Assembly: GCA_032128115.1 (NCBI GenBank)
Contig: JAQBHB010000111.1
Coordinates: 1 to 53,159, forward strand
DNA: 53,159 nucleotides
Reading direction: 5' to 3'
From: Deltaproteobacteria bacterium
GTDB lineage: Bacteria > Myxococcota_A > UBA9160 > SMWR01
The notes beneath the pieces were generated by a model. That model was not told the DNA's origin. It saw only the letters and a program-made list of their open reading frames with translations, and did no database searches. A program made the translations under genes and the position numbers. Shown here in pieces: positions 17,748 to 27,488 of the stretch (its first letter is position 1; every line of letters begins with the position of its first letter).

Positions 17748-18973
17748 TGGCCGAAACGCTGCCGTCCCGGAATCGCAGACGCGACTTCGCGGCGCTTCTG
17801 TTGGCGGCCCTGCTTCCCCTGCCCTGGATCGTGATGCACCACTTCGAGGGCCTGGCGCTCTCGGCCGAGTGGGTGGCGTGTTTGTCCGGGATGGCGATCC
17901 TGGGCGGCGCCTTCCTGCTCACCTGGGCCACCGAGCTGGCCGAGCACGACATCCCCCAGTCCCTGGCGATCCTGGTGTTGGCGCTGGTGAGCGTGTTGCC
18001 GGAATACGCCATCGATCTCCACTTCGCGTGGACGGCGGCCACGATTCCCGAAAATGCCCACTACGCCGTCGCCAACATGACGGGGGCCAACCGCCTGCTG
18101 ATCGGCATCGGCTGGGCCGTGGTGGTGCTGATCGCCTGTGCTCGCTCGCACACCCGTGAGCTCCAGATCGACCCGCGCCAGAAGCTCGAGATCCGGTTCC
18201 TGCTGTGGGCGACGATCTACTCCTTCGCGATTCCGCTCAGCGGTTCCATCGATCTGTTCGACGCCGCGGTCCTGTTGGGGCTGTTCTTCCTGTACGCGTA
18301 CTCGGCCTCTCGCAGCGAGTCGGCGGAGGTGGCCCTGGCGGGGCCCCCGGCGCTCATCGACCGCCAGTTCGGGGCGACCGGGCGAAGGGTCTGGGTGGCT
18401 TCGCTGTTCGCCTACGCGGCCTACGGGATCTTCGTGGCGGCGGCCCCGTTCGCCGACGGCCTGGTCGAGATCGGGAAGGTTCGAGCCGGGCTCGACGAGT
18501 TCCTGCTGGTGCAGTGGGTGGCGCCCCTGGCCTCCGAATCGCCCGAGTTCGTGGTGGCCATCCTGTTCGCCCTGCGGATGCGCGGCACGGTGGGGATCGG
18601 GGCCTTGATCTCGTCCAAGGTCAACCAGTGGACGCTGCTGGTGGGTGCCATCCCCATCGCGTTCTCGCTGGCGTCGGGGCGGGCATTGGGCCTGCCGCTG
18701 GACGCCCGCCAGACCGAAGAGCTGATCCTGACGTCGGCCCAGTCCCTGATGGCCGCGATCTTCATCATCGACCTGCGCTTCGGTCGGGGAGAGGCCCTGA
18801 TCGTGGCGGCGCTGTTCCTGGCGCAGTTTCTCTTCACCGACACCGAAGTGCGATACTTCTTCATCGCCCTGTACCTGGCCGTGGCCGCGACCCTGTTGGT
18901 GGTGCGCACCGAGGCGCGCCGCGAATTCTTCCGGCTCCTGTTCTCGAGCCCCTTCCCCAGGCGCGGGACCTAG
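17747..18973 (+). CDS. Sodium/calcium (cation:H+) antiporter, CaCA family
   Basis: ATG overlaps the upstream TGA. Multi-TM protein with alpha repeats LPEYA...ANMTGAN and ASESPE...SSKVNQ. Confidence 0.85.
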   Translation: MAETLPSRNRRRDFAALLLAALLPLPWIVMHHFEGLALSAEWVACLSGMAILGGAFLLTWATELAEHDIPQSLAILVLALVSVLPEYAIDLHFAWTAATIPENAHYAVANMTGANRLLIGIGWAVVVLIACARSHTRELQIDPRQKLEIRFLLWATIYSFAIPLSGSIDLFDAAVLLGLFFLYAYSASRSESAEVALAGPPALIDRQFGATGRRVWVASLFAYAAYGIFVAAAPFADGLVEIGKVRAGLDEFLLVQWVAPLASESPEFVVAILFALRMRGTVGIGALISSKVNQWTLLVGAIPIAFSLASGRALGLPLDARQTEELILTSAQSLMAAIFIIDLRFGRGEALIVAALFLAQFLFTDTEVRYFFIALYLAVAATLLVVRTEARREFFRLLFSSPFPRRGT

Positions 18974-18977
18974 CGCC

Positions 18978-20102
18978 ATCGCGACGCGCGACGCCGACGT
19001 CGTGGTGGTGGGGGGAGGCATCCTGGGGTTGTCCGCCGCCGCCGGTCTGGCCCGCTCCGGCCACTCGGTGTTGCTGTTGGAGCGCAACGGCGAGTTTGCG
19101 CGCGAAGTCACGTCGCGCAACAGCGAGGTGGTGCACGCCGGGATCTACTACCCCGCGGACTCGCTGAAGGCGCGCCTGTGTGTTGCGGGTCGCGAGGCGC
19201 TCTACGCCCGCTGCCGGGAGCGTGGGATTGCCCACCGCGTGCTCGGCAAGTTGATCGTGGCCCACGACGAGAGCGAGGTCGCACTCCTGGAGTCGCTTCT
19301 GCGCAGCGGCGAGGTCAACGGCGCACCGGGGCTCGAGCTGTGGGATGCACGCCAGGTGGCGCGGCGCGAGCCCTGCGTGCGCGCAGCCGCGGCGCTGTTC
19401 TCGCCGGAGACGGGGATCGTGGACGCCCTTGCCCTGTCGCTCTCCTATGCCGCCGAGGCCGAGGCCGCCGGCGCCACCCTGGTGCGACACACGCAGGTCG
19501 TAGGCGTCACACGGCGTGCCGGGGGCTACGGCGTGTCCACTCGCGGGAGCGACGGCGAGGTCGGCCGGGTGGAGTGCGCGGCCGTGGTCAACGCCGCGGG
19601 CCTTTCCGCGGACGCCCTGGCGGAGAGCGCGGGCTTCGACGTACAGGCGCGCGGCTATCGCCTGCACCCCTGCAAGGGCGATTACTTCGCATTGGCTCCC
19701 GGGGCCCCGTTGCGGCTCGAGGGACTGGTGTACCCGGTTCCCGCCGGGCCTGGCCTTGGCATCCACGCGACCCTCGACCTGGGCGGCCGCGTCCGGTTCG
19801 GGCCCGACGCCGAGTTCGTGTCCGATGACTCACTGCGCGTGGATCCGGGCAAGGCCCCGTTCTTTGCCGCAAGCATCGCCCGCTACCTGCCCGCGATGCG
19901 GGCCGAATGGTTGAGCCCCGACTACGCGGGCATCCGCCCGCGTCTGGCCGGGCCTGGCGCTGCATTCCGCGACTTCGTCGTGGCCGAGGAATCGGACGCC
20001 GGCTGGCCCGGCTTCGTGAACCTGATCGGAATCGAGTCGCCGGGGCTCACGGCGGCGCCCGCGATTGCCGCGCGCGTGGTCACTCTACTGGCGAGCGTCT
20101 GA
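18978..20102 (+). CDS. NAD(P)/FAD-dependent oxidoreductase, L-2-hydroxyglutarate oxidase (LhgO)-like
   Basis: DVVVVGGGILG, TSRNSEVVHAGIYY, KGDYF, LGIHAT.D and GIESPGLTA. The first canonical start is GTG 19002; ATC at 18978 fits the expected N-terminus better. Confidence 0.85.
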   Translation: MATRDADVVVVGGGILGLSAAAGLARSGHSVLLLERNGEFAREVTSRNSEVVHAGIYYPADSLKARLCVAGREALYARCRERGIAHRVLGKLIVAHDESEVALLESLLRSGEVNGAPGLELWDARQVARREPCVRAAAALFSPETGIVDALALSLSYAAEAEAAGATLVRHTQVVGVTRRAGGYGVSTRGSDGEVGRVECAAVVNAAGLSADALAESAGFDVQARGYRLHPCKGDYFALAPGAPLRLEGLVYPVPAGPGLGIHATLDLGGRVRFGPDAEFVSDDSLRVDPGKAPFFAASIARYLPAMRAEWLSPDYAGIRPRLAGPGAAFRDFVVAEESDAGWPGFVNLIGIESPGLTAAPAIAARVVTLLASV

Positions 20103-20898
20103 TCCAGACGGCGGTGGCCACGTTGTCACCCGCCGACTGGCGTCGCTGAGCGACAAGGGCCTGCTCCACCAGGCCGCGCGCCAGCTCCAGCGGTCGTACC
20201 TCGGGGTGGGCGTCTCGCCCACGCGCCAGCGTGTCGGCCACCGCAGACGGCGGTGCTGCGACGCCCACGCCCACCTCGGAGAAGCCATCGCTGGCCAGCA
20301 CCACCGCCGCCACACCGGTGAGATCGGTGCGGCGCACGACGCAGTGCTCCCCCAGGCTCTCGAGCGTTTCGGCGGGAGAGCCCAGGAACACGGTCTCGGT
20401 GCTTGGGCCCCGCGCCAGGTCCACCACGTCGGGCCCGGCGACGCGGAAGATGTGGCTGTCGGCAGCGGAGGCGCAGACGAGCAGGTTCTCTTGGGGTCGC
20501 ACCACGGCCAGGGCCAGGGTCGTGCGCGACTCGGGCGATCCGCCGCGAGTGGTGTTCTCGAGGATCGCCGCGTTCACGTCCGCCAGGGCCTCGAGTCCCC
20601 AGCGGGGCCAGCGCTCGACCAGGTTGCTGGCGCGCCCGGTAAAGCGCTGCGCGTGCCCGGTCAGGAGTCGATCGATCGCAACCTCGGCCGCCTGTCGGCC
20701 GTGGTGCCCATCGGCCACCACCAGCAGCGTACCGCACTCGCCGAGCGCGAACGCCGCACAGTCTTCGTTGGGATCGGTGTAGCGGTAGCGTTTCTGGACC
20801 GCGCCTCGCGACAGCACGATGGCGGCATCCCCCTCGGCCACGGCGCCGATCTCTCCGAAGCGGGTTCGTTCATGGCCGTGCAGCACCGCAGTCTTCAT
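20080..20898 (-). CDS. PP2C-family protein phosphatase-like protein
   Basis: NEDC, LVVADGHHG, VLASDG and AGDNVA motifs; start ATG 20898. Confidence 0.82.
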   Translation of the reverse strand: MKTAVLHGHERTRFGEIGAVAEGDAAIVLSRGAVQKRYRYTDPNEDCAAFALGECGTLLVVADGHHGRQAAEVAIDRLLTGHAQRFTGRASNLVERWPRWGLEALADVNAAILENTTRGGSPESRTTLALAVVRPQENLLVCASAADSHIFRVAGPDVVDLARGPSTETVFLGSPAETLESLGEHCVVRRTDLTGVAAVVLASDGFSEVGVGVAAPPSAVADTLARGRDAHPEVRPLELARGLVEQALVAQRRQSAGDNVATAVWIRRSPVE

Positions 20899-21004
20899 GG
20901 CAGAACCCTCGTGGCCCGATGCCCGCACCCGCGCGATCGTCGTGGAAGGGGGAGCGGACCCGTACTATACCCGCGACGCCAGACCCGTCCGCTGGGGGAA
21001 GACC

Positions 21005-21889
21005 TTGAACGACGATCGCTCCGCGCGAGTGGGCCTTGCCGCCGGTGCGGCCCTGGGCATCGTGTTGGCCGCCGTGGGCATCGTCAACTCGGGCGGCCAG
21101 GGCTCGGCCCTTCCGGCTGGCGCGATCGCGCTGGTGAACGGCCATCCCATCGCCCGCGAGTCGTTCGCTCGCTTCGCCGCTGCGGTGGCGGCCGAGCGAA
21201 AGGTACTGAGCCTCGACGCGGAAACGCGTCGTCGACTCCTGGAGCGCATGCTGGACGAGGAACTCCTGCTCCAGCGCGGAATCGAGCTGGGCCTGCATCG
21301 CGCCGAGCCCACCGCCCGCGGCTCCATCGTGTCGGCCCTGGTGGCGTCCGTGACGGCCAACGCCGAGCTGGCGGAGCCCGAAGAATCCGAGCTGCGCGCC
21401 TTCCACGCCGCAAACGAGGAGTTGTTCCGGCGATCCGAGCGGGTCTCGCTGGAGGTGGTCTTCGTGAGCGGCGACGGCCAGCCCGACGTCACTGCGTTCG
21501 AGCGAGCCCGGAAACTCGAGGAGCAGCTGCGTGCCGGCGTGGACTTCGAGGGGGTGGGCGCGCAGGCGGACGAGCCGGTGGTGCGCCTGCCCCGCGGCCC
21601 GCTGCCGTTGGAGACGGTTCGCGAGTACCTGGGGCCGGCGGCGGCTCGCGCGGCCGCGGATCTCGACACCGGCGAAGCGAGCGCCCCACTGCGCACCAGT
21701 TCGGGCTACTACGTGTTGCGAATGCGCGAGCGGATCCCCGGGGCGCCGGCCTCGTTCGACGAGATGCGAGCCCAGGTGCGGGCCGAGGTGCTGCGCGGTC
21801 GCGGTGACCAGGCGCTTCGCGACTACCTGTTGGAGCTGCGCGAATCGGCGGATCTGCGCATCGAAGAACTGGAGCAGGCCACGCCGTGA
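21005..21889 (+). CDS. PpiC/SurA-like peptidyl-prolyl isomerase (membrane anchored)
   Basis: N-terminal TM, then IALVNGHPI, LLERMLDEELLLQRGIELGL and PLRTSSGYYVL; probable TTG start. Confidence 0.78.
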   Translation: MNDDRSARVGLAAGAALGIVLAAVGIVNSGGQGSALPAGAIALVNGHPIARESFARFAAAVAAERKVLSLDAETRRRLLERMLDEELLLQRGIELGLHRAEPTARGSIVSALVASVTANAELAEPEESELRAFHAANEELFRRSERVSLEVVFVSGDGQPDVTAFERARKLEEQLRAGVDFEGVGAQADEPVVRLPRGPLPLETVREYLGPAAARAAADLDTGEASAPLRTSSGYYVLRMRERIPGAPASFDEMRAQVRAEVLRGRGDQALRDYLLELRESADLRIEELEQATP

Positions 21890-23139
21890 GGTGGCGCGTG
21901 GGCTCGGCGTTGGCGGCAGGGCTATCCGTCTGCGCGCTCGCCGCGGCGGCGGGAGCCCACGGTCGCTCCAGCTCGTCGTCGGCCTGGCAGTTCGAGCCCG
22001 GCCCCATCGCCGACGCGCGCGTGGTCGTGCGCGTCGGCCTGGCCGACGTGCATCAGGCCCTGCCGGAAGCAGCGGGCCTCACGGCCGCCGAGATCTCGGT
22101 GCGGCCGGCGGTCACAGCTGCGCTCGCTGCCTATCTGATTCGGCACGTGACCCTGCGCGTGGGCGATTCGCAGTGTCCCGTGCAGGGCAGCGTCCGCGTG
22201 GTGCCTTCCGCGGACCCGGCCAACCTGGCGCGAAGCTGGCGGATCCGCTGCCGCGAGGCCGGTGAGCCGGTGCTGCAGATCGACCCCTTCCTCGAGGTCG
22301 CCCCGGGGCATTTCCACCTGGCGCGCATCACGCGCTCCGACGGGGAGTCGCTGGAGCGATTGTTCGTGCTCGATCGCCCGCGCCAGTCCCTGGGCGCATC
22401 GCTCGCCCCGACCCGGGCCGAGGGGGCCGGCTTTGGCGAGTACCTGGTGCTGGGTGTCGAGCACATCACCACAGGGCTGGATCACCTGGTTTTCCTGCTG
22501 GCGCTTCTCGTGGTGGGCGTTTCGCTCTGGGAGGTCGCCACCATCGTGACCGGCTTCACCGTGGCGCACAGCATCACCCTGGCGTTGGGGGTGCTGGGGG
22601 TGGTGGAGCCACGGCCCGGTGCCATCGAGGCCCTGATCGGTCTTTCGATCGTGGTGGTGGCGGTCGAGAACTTCTCGCTCTGCGCGGGCGCGGCCACGCG
22701 CCGTGGCATCGGAGTCGCGCTTGGTTGCGGCGTGGGCCTGGCGGTGGCGGGCGCACTGGCGGGACGCGTCGCCGTGCCGGCTCTGGCGCTCGTGGGGGTG
22801 GGATTGTTCGCCCTGTGTTACCTGGCGCTGCTGCAACGCGTGGAGCGTCCGCGGCGCCTGCGCTGGTTCGTGGCCTTCGTGTTCGGGCTGGTGCACGGGT
22901 TCGGGTTCGCCGGGCTGCTGGTGGAAATCGGACTGCCCGTCGACCGTCTGGCGGCAGCACTGCTTGGCTTCAATCTGGGCGTGGAGCTGGGGCAGCTGGT
23001 GATCGTGGCGGCGGTCTGGCCGCTGTTGGCACTCCTGCTGCGAGGTGACGAGTTGCGGCGACGGCGCGTCGTGCACGCGTTCTCGGCACCCATCCTGGCA
23101 GCCGGCCTCTTCTGGTTCCTGACGCGCGCGTTCCAGTGA
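21886..23139 (+). CDS. HupE/UreJ family membrane protein
   Basis: Signal ending AGA-H, then LGVEHITTGLDHLVFL, FTVAHSITL, FGLVHGFGFA and FNLGVELGQ. Confidence 0.9.
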   Translation: MRWRVGSALAAGLSVCALAAAAGAHGRSSSSSAWQFEPGPIADARVVVRVGLADVHQALPEAAGLTAAEISVRPAVTAALAAYLIRHVTLRVGDSQCPVQGSVRVVPSADPANLARSWRIRCREAGEPVLQIDPFLEVAPGHFHLARITRSDGESLERLFVLDRPRQSLGASLAPTRAEGAGFGEYLVLGVEHITTGLDHLVFLLALLVVGVSLWEVATIVTGFTVAHSITLALGVLGVVEPRPGAIEALIGLSIVVVAVENFSLCAGAATRRGIGVALGCGVGLAVAGALAGRVAVPALALVGVGLFALCYLALLQRVERPRRLRWFVAFVFGLVHGFGFAGLLVEIGLPVDRLAAALLGFNLGVELGQLVIVAAVWPLLALLLRGDELRRRRVVHAFSAPILAAGLFWFLTRAFQ

Positions 23140-23140
23140 A

Positions 23141-24055
23141 CTAGGCGGCCTTCGGAAGCTTGTTTTCGACTGTCGGGTAGAGGACGTGTCTCGGGGGCGT
23201 GCGGATGTCCCAGATCAGGCCCACGACCGACAGGCCTCGCAGCACGTAGTACGTGATGTCGACCTCCCACCAGAAGAAGCCCTGGCGGCAGGAGGAGGCG
23301 TAGTGGTGGTGGTTGTTGTGCCAGCCCTCGCCAAGGGTCAGCAGGCCGAGCAGGGCGTTGTTGCGGCTGTCGTCGCCGGTCTCGTAGCGGCGGCTGCCCC
23401 AGCGGTGGGCCAGCGAGTTGATCGAGTAGGTCAGGTGCCAGAGCAGGACCGTGGAGACCCCGAACCCCCAGATCAGGCCGCTCAGGCCCCCGAACGCGAA
23501 GCAGCCCACGGCCAGAAGAGTCGGGGGCAGGATGTGCCAGCGGTTGAGCCACACCAGCTCCGGGTACTGCGCGAAGTCGCGAATCTGGTTCAGGTCCGTC
23601 GCGTCCCACTTGGCGTTGAAGATCCAGCCCTGGTGCGAGTACCAGAAGCCCTCCCGGGGTGTGTGGACGTCTTTCCCCACCTCGTCCGAGAAGCGGTGAT
23701 GGCGCCGGTGGTGGCTCGCCCACCACAGGGGGCCCTTCTGGGTGGCACTGCAGCCGAGCAATGCCAGCGCGAACTGGAAGGGCCGGCTGGTCTTGTAGGT
23801 CCGATGCGAGAAATAGCGGTGGTAGACGCCGGTGATCCCGAACAAGCGGATGAACAGGGTCGCCGCGCACAAAAGCAGGGCGCCACTGGAGACGCCTACC
23901 CACAGCGCCAGCAGGCACGAGGCGTGGATGCCCCAGTAGATGGTCCTCGGCAGCCACGGCTGGCGCGCCCACCAGCCCTCGGCCTCGGAAAGCTCCGGCA
24001 CCCGCTCTTGTACCCGCTCTTGTACCTGCTCTTGTACCCGAACTAGCCCTTGCAT
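23141..24055 (-). CDS. Acyl-CoA (delta-9-type) fatty acid desaturase
   Basis: His boxes HRYFSH, HRRHH and GEGWHNNHH; the start is uncertain. Confidence 0.9.
   Translation of the reverse strand: MQGLVRVQEQVQERVQERVPELSEAEGWWARQPWLPRTIYWGIHASCLLALWVGVSSGALLLCAATLFIRLFGITGVYHRYFSHRTYKTSRPFQFALALLGCSATQKGPLWWASHHRRHHRFSDEVGKDVHTPREGFWYSHQGWIFNAKWDATDLNQIRDFAQYPELVWLNRWHILPPTLLAVGCFAFGGLSGLIWGFGVSTVLLWHLTYSINSLAHRWGSRRYETGDDSRNNALLGLLTLGEGWHNNHHHYASSCRQGFFWWEVDITYYVLRGLSVVGLIWDIRTPPRHVLYPTVENKLPKAA
24001..24040. repeat. 12-bp tandem repeat (about 3.3 copies) at the 5' end of the desaturase
   Basis: CCCGCTCTTGTA CCCGCTCTTGTA CCTGCTCTTGTA CCCG; encodes VQEQ/VQER. Confidence 0.88.
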
Positions 24056-24266
24056 CAGCTGCTCCACGCGGCACTCCCTCGTCTGTTCGGGGGAGACGCC
24101 GACCCTAGTCTGGGGTTCGACAGAGCGCACCGGAGAGCGTGTGAAACTTGCGTAAAACGATGGTTCGGGGGCCCGGGGGGGCCTCTGGGCCTTGCATGGC
24201 GAGGGCCGAGGTCGGAGAATGCGCTGCCTACGGGCCGGCACTTCGGGAGTCCGGGAGGGTTGCATC

Positions 24267-25094
24267 GTGAGTCCGAGGCAGGGGCGCCTGAGCGCCGCGG
24301 AGTGGCGTGCCTGGCGAGAAGACGGCTTCTTCATCCGGCGGTCCCAGTTCGGGGAGCACGAGATCGAGGAACTCCGGGCCGCCGCCGAGCACGTGGCAGC
24401 CCGCGCCGGCAGCGCCACGGCAAGCGGTGACGCCTACCAGATCGACGGCAACCGCTACTGCGAGGCCGCGGGTTCCACGGTCCAGTTCGAGCACGCAGCC
24501 GACACGGAGACGATCCGCGTGGTGGAGCCCTTTCACCACCTGGACGAGCGCTTCGACCGCCTGATCGACGATCGCCGCCTGGTTGCGCCCATGCGTGACC
24601 TGGTGGGCTGTGAGCAGATCGCCCTGTTCACCGACAAGCTGAACCTGAAGCGACCCCTCATGGGGTCGCGCTTCCGGTGGCACCAGGATTCCCCCTACTG
24701 GAATCACGCCTGCCCTCACGTGGACCAGCTGCCCAATGTGATGCTGGCTCTCGACGACGCCGGCGAGCACAACGGCTGCTTGCGGGTGGTGCGCGGTAGC
24801 CACCGGCGTGGGCTTCTCCCGGGGCTGGAAGGGGAGGGGCGCCTGGGCCCGCTGTTCACGGACCCGCGCTTCTTCGACCCATCCCAGCAGGTGCCGGCCG
24901 AGATGCCCGCTGGGAGCCTGTTGTTCTTCAGTCCCCACAGCGTCCATGGGTCGGAGCCGAACCACTCCGGCGCGCCGCGCCGCGCGCTGATCGTCACCTA
25001 CCAGCCCGGTGGGCACCGCATGTTCAAGGTGGATGCAAAGCGCGAGGCGCGGGTCGCACCCGCACTGGCCGCTCCGGGAGTTCACGGGGAGTAG
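24267..25094 (+). CDS. Phytanoyl-CoA dioxygenase (PhyH) family Fe/2OG dioxygenase
   Basis: WHQD, ALDDA...NGCLRVVRGSH, HGSEPN and RRAL; GTG start after GGGAGG. Confidence 0.87.
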   Translation: MSPRQGRLSAAEWRAWREDGFFIRRSQFGEHEIEELRAAAEHVAARAGSATASGDAYQIDGNRYCEAAGSTVQFEHAADTETIRVVEPFHHLDERFDRLIDDRRLVAPMRDLVGCEQIALFTDKLNLKRPLMGSRFRWHQDSPYWNHACPHVDQLPNVMLALDDAGEHNGCLRVVRGSHRRGLLPGLEGEGRLGPLFTDPRFFDPSQQVPAEMPAGSLLFFSPHSVHGSEPNHSGAPRRALIVTYQPGGHRMFKVDAKREARVAPALAAPGVHGE

Positions 25095-25540
25095 GGCGGA
25101 TCCGCCAGCGTGCGGATGTACGCCACCAGGTCCCGGATCTGGGCGTCGCTGAGCGCCCCCCCCCAGCCGGCCATGAGCGGCGACTTGCCCACCGCCACGC
25201 CGCCCTCCTTGATCACCCGGAACAGGTGGGCGTCGGACAGGCCGTTCATGGCGTGGCCGTCGCTGTGGCGTGCCGGGCGCGGATCCAGGTTATCCGCCAG
25301 GAGCGTGTCGGCGTTGCCGGTGGCCCCGTGGCAGGTGGCGCAGAACGTGGCGTAGTCGGCGGCGCCGGCCGCCGGATCCGGTTTTGGCGCCGCCGGATCC
25401 GATGTCGGCGCCTGGGTGGGCTTCGGCGCGGCGGCCGCGGGAGTGGGCGAGGTCGGTCGCGGCGCCTCGGCGTCGCCGCACGCCAGGGCTGCCGCGAGCG
25501 CCACCGCCGCCGCGATCGTCACGGTCCGGCCTACGCGCAT
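25082..25540 (-). CDS. c-type cytochrome, putative lipoprotein
   Basis: Lipobox-like ALAC, Pro/Ala linker, heme motif CATCH, and a distal Met in SPLMAGW. Confidence 0.88.
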   Translation of the reverse strand: MRVGRTVTIAAAVALAAALACGDAEAPRPTSPTPAAAAPKPTQAPTSDPAAPKPDPAAGAADYATFCATCHGATGNADTLLADNLDPRPARHSDGHAMNGLSDAHLFRVIKEGGVAVGKSPLMAGWGGALSDAQIRDLVAYIRTLADPPYSP

Positions 25541-26142
25541 TCGCGATCCGCAGTGAGGAAGGCCTCTCGCAGCTCGTCGTAGGTCCGGGTCACCGGAAAC
25601 TGCGGAAACTCCCGGATCACGTTGTCCGGCGGCCGGAACAGGATGCCGGCGTCGGCCTCGCCCAGCATGCGGGTGTCGTTGTAGGAATCGCCGGCGGCGA
25701 TCACCCGCAGATTGAGCTCGTGGAACGCCTGCACGGCCCTTCGCTTCTGGTCCTTCAGGCGGATGTGATAGTCGACCACGGTCCCGGCTCCGTTCACCTC
25801 CAGCGAGTGGCACAGGAGCGTGGGGAAGCCCAGCTGGCGCATGAGCGGGGCGGCGAACTCGTAGAAGGTGTCCGAAAGGATCACCACCTGGAAGCGTTCG
25901 CGCAGCCAATCGATGAAGTCGGGCGCGCCCTCCAGCGGCGAGAGTCCCGCGATCACCTCCTGGATGTCGGGGAGGCCCAGGCCGTGGTTCGCCAGCAGCT
26001 TCAGGCGCTGCACCATGAGCACGTCGTAATCGGGCTCGTCGCGGGTAGTGCGACGCAACGCGTCGATCCCCGTGCGTTCGGCCACGTTGATCCAGATCTC
26101 GGGGACGAGGACACCTTCCAGGTCGAGGGCGGCGATCTTCAC
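25531..26142 (-). CDS. thrH: Bifunctional phosphoserine phosphatase/homoserine phosphotransferase
   Basis: GTG start; LDLEGVLVPEIWI, TTRDEPDYDVLM, ILSDTFYEF and AAGDSYNDT. Confidence 0.92.
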   Translation of the reverse strand: MKIAALDLEGVLVPEIWINVAERTGIDALRRTTRDEPDYDVLMVQRLKLLANHGLGLPDIQEVIAGLSPLEGAPDFIDWLRERFQVVILSDTFYEFAAPLMRQLGFPTLLCHSLEVNGAGTVVDYHIRLKDQKRRAVQAFHELNLRVIAAGDSYNDTRMLGEADAGILFRPPDNVIREFPQFPVTRTYDELREAFLTADRECA

Positions 26143-26297
26143 GCGACTCCCGGCTCTCCCGGTCCTTGCGAACCTGGGCAAGTCCAGCGGTACCGGCCCG
26201 TTTTCTAACACATCGTCCGGAATCTGGCGGATCTCGGAACCTCCCCCCCCGGGAGTCGCATCTACCTGGGAGAAACCCGGTTCGATACGATCGTTCG

Positions 26298-27488
26298 ATG
26301 CCCTGGCTCCGCACCCCACAAGTGTCCACGGCCCGCCCGCCCGGGGGCCTCCGGACGGCCGCCGGCGCCGCCTACGCCGCCGGGCTGGCCGTCCCGACGG
26401 GAGTCATCTGCGTCCTGACGGGAATCCTCTGTCTGGGAACGACCGGCTGCGATCCGAACGGCGCCGAGGCGCTGCCCGGCCCGCCGTCGGTCACCGTCGA
26501 GTTCGCGTCCATCGAGCCCGCGACGCTCCGGGACGTGGCCACCTTCAGCGGGCAGCTCGAGGCCGAGCACTCGGTGGTGCTCAAGCCCGAGACCGACGGG
26601 GTGCTGGCCACCAGCGAGTTCGCCGAGGGCCAGAAGGTGAAGCGCGACCAGGTGCTCTTCACCCTGCGCAACGAAGAGCAGCAGGCGCGCCTGCGCGAGG
26701 CCAAAGCCAATCTGGCCCTGGCACACGACATCTTCAATCGCACCCAGAAGCTCATGACCCGCGACGCCGCCTCCCTGGCCCAGAAGGATCGGGCCGCCTC
26801 CGAGCGGGAGGTGGCGCAGGCGCGTGTGGCGCTGGCGGAGCTGTTTCTCCAGCGCACCGAGATCCGGGCGCCCTTCGACGGTGTGGTCGGGATTCGCATG
26901 GTCGACCCGGGTGATCGGGTGACCGACGAGACGCCCCTGGTCCAGATCGACGCGGTCGACCGGCTGCAGGTGCTGTTCGCCATCAGTGAGCAGGGCGTGG
27001 CCTTTGCCCGCACTGGCGCGCCGCTGGAACTCCGGGTGTTGCCGTACCCGGGCGAGGTGTTCCACGGCGAGATCTTCTTCGTGTCCCCCACGCTGGATCC
27101 CGCGACCCGGCGCATGATCCTCAAGGGCTGGGTGCCCAACGAGGATGGGCGCCTGCGCGCGGGCCTGTTCGCCAACGTGGACCTGGAGATCGCCACGCGC
27201 GAGAACGCCCTGCTGGTGCCTGAGCCGGCGGTCGTGGCGGATCGCCAGGGTCCCTACGTGTGGCGTCTGGGCGAAGACGACATGGCCACCCGCGTGCCGG
27301 TGGAACTGGGACTTCGCAAGGGCGGTCGCGTCGAGGTGACCATGGGACTCCGTCCCGGCGACACGATCGTGGTGGCGGGTACCCACAAGGTTGCCGAGGG
27401 CAAGAAGCTCGTGGCGGCCGCTCCCGGAGCGCGCGGCACCGCCAGCCGCGACGCCCCAGCGGCCGTGTCCTCCGGAGAGGGCACTTGA
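26298..27488 (+). CDS. RND efflux periplasmic adaptor (membrane fusion protein)
   Basis: FAEGQKVKRDQVLF, IRAPFDGVVG, LRAGLFANV; stop overlaps the RND permease start. Confidence 0.9.
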   Translation: MPWLRTPQVSTARPPGGLRTAAGAAYAAGLAVPTGVICVLTGILCLGTTGCDPNGAEALPGPPSVTVEFASIEPATLRDVATFSGQLEAEHSVVLKPETDGVLATSEFAEGQKVKRDQVLFTLRNEEQQARLREAKANLALAHDIFNRTQKLMTRDAASLAQKDRAASEREVAQARVALAELFLQRTEIRAPFDGVVGIRMVDPGDRVTDETPLVQIDAVDRLQVLFAISEQGVAFARTGAPLELRVLPYPGEVFHGEIFFVSPTLDPATRRMILKGWVPNEDGRLRAGLFANVDLEIATRENALLVPEPAVVADRQGPYVWRLGEDDMATRVPVELGLRKGGRVEVTMGLRPGDTIVVAGTHKVAEGKKLVAAAPGARGTASRDAPAAVSSGEGT

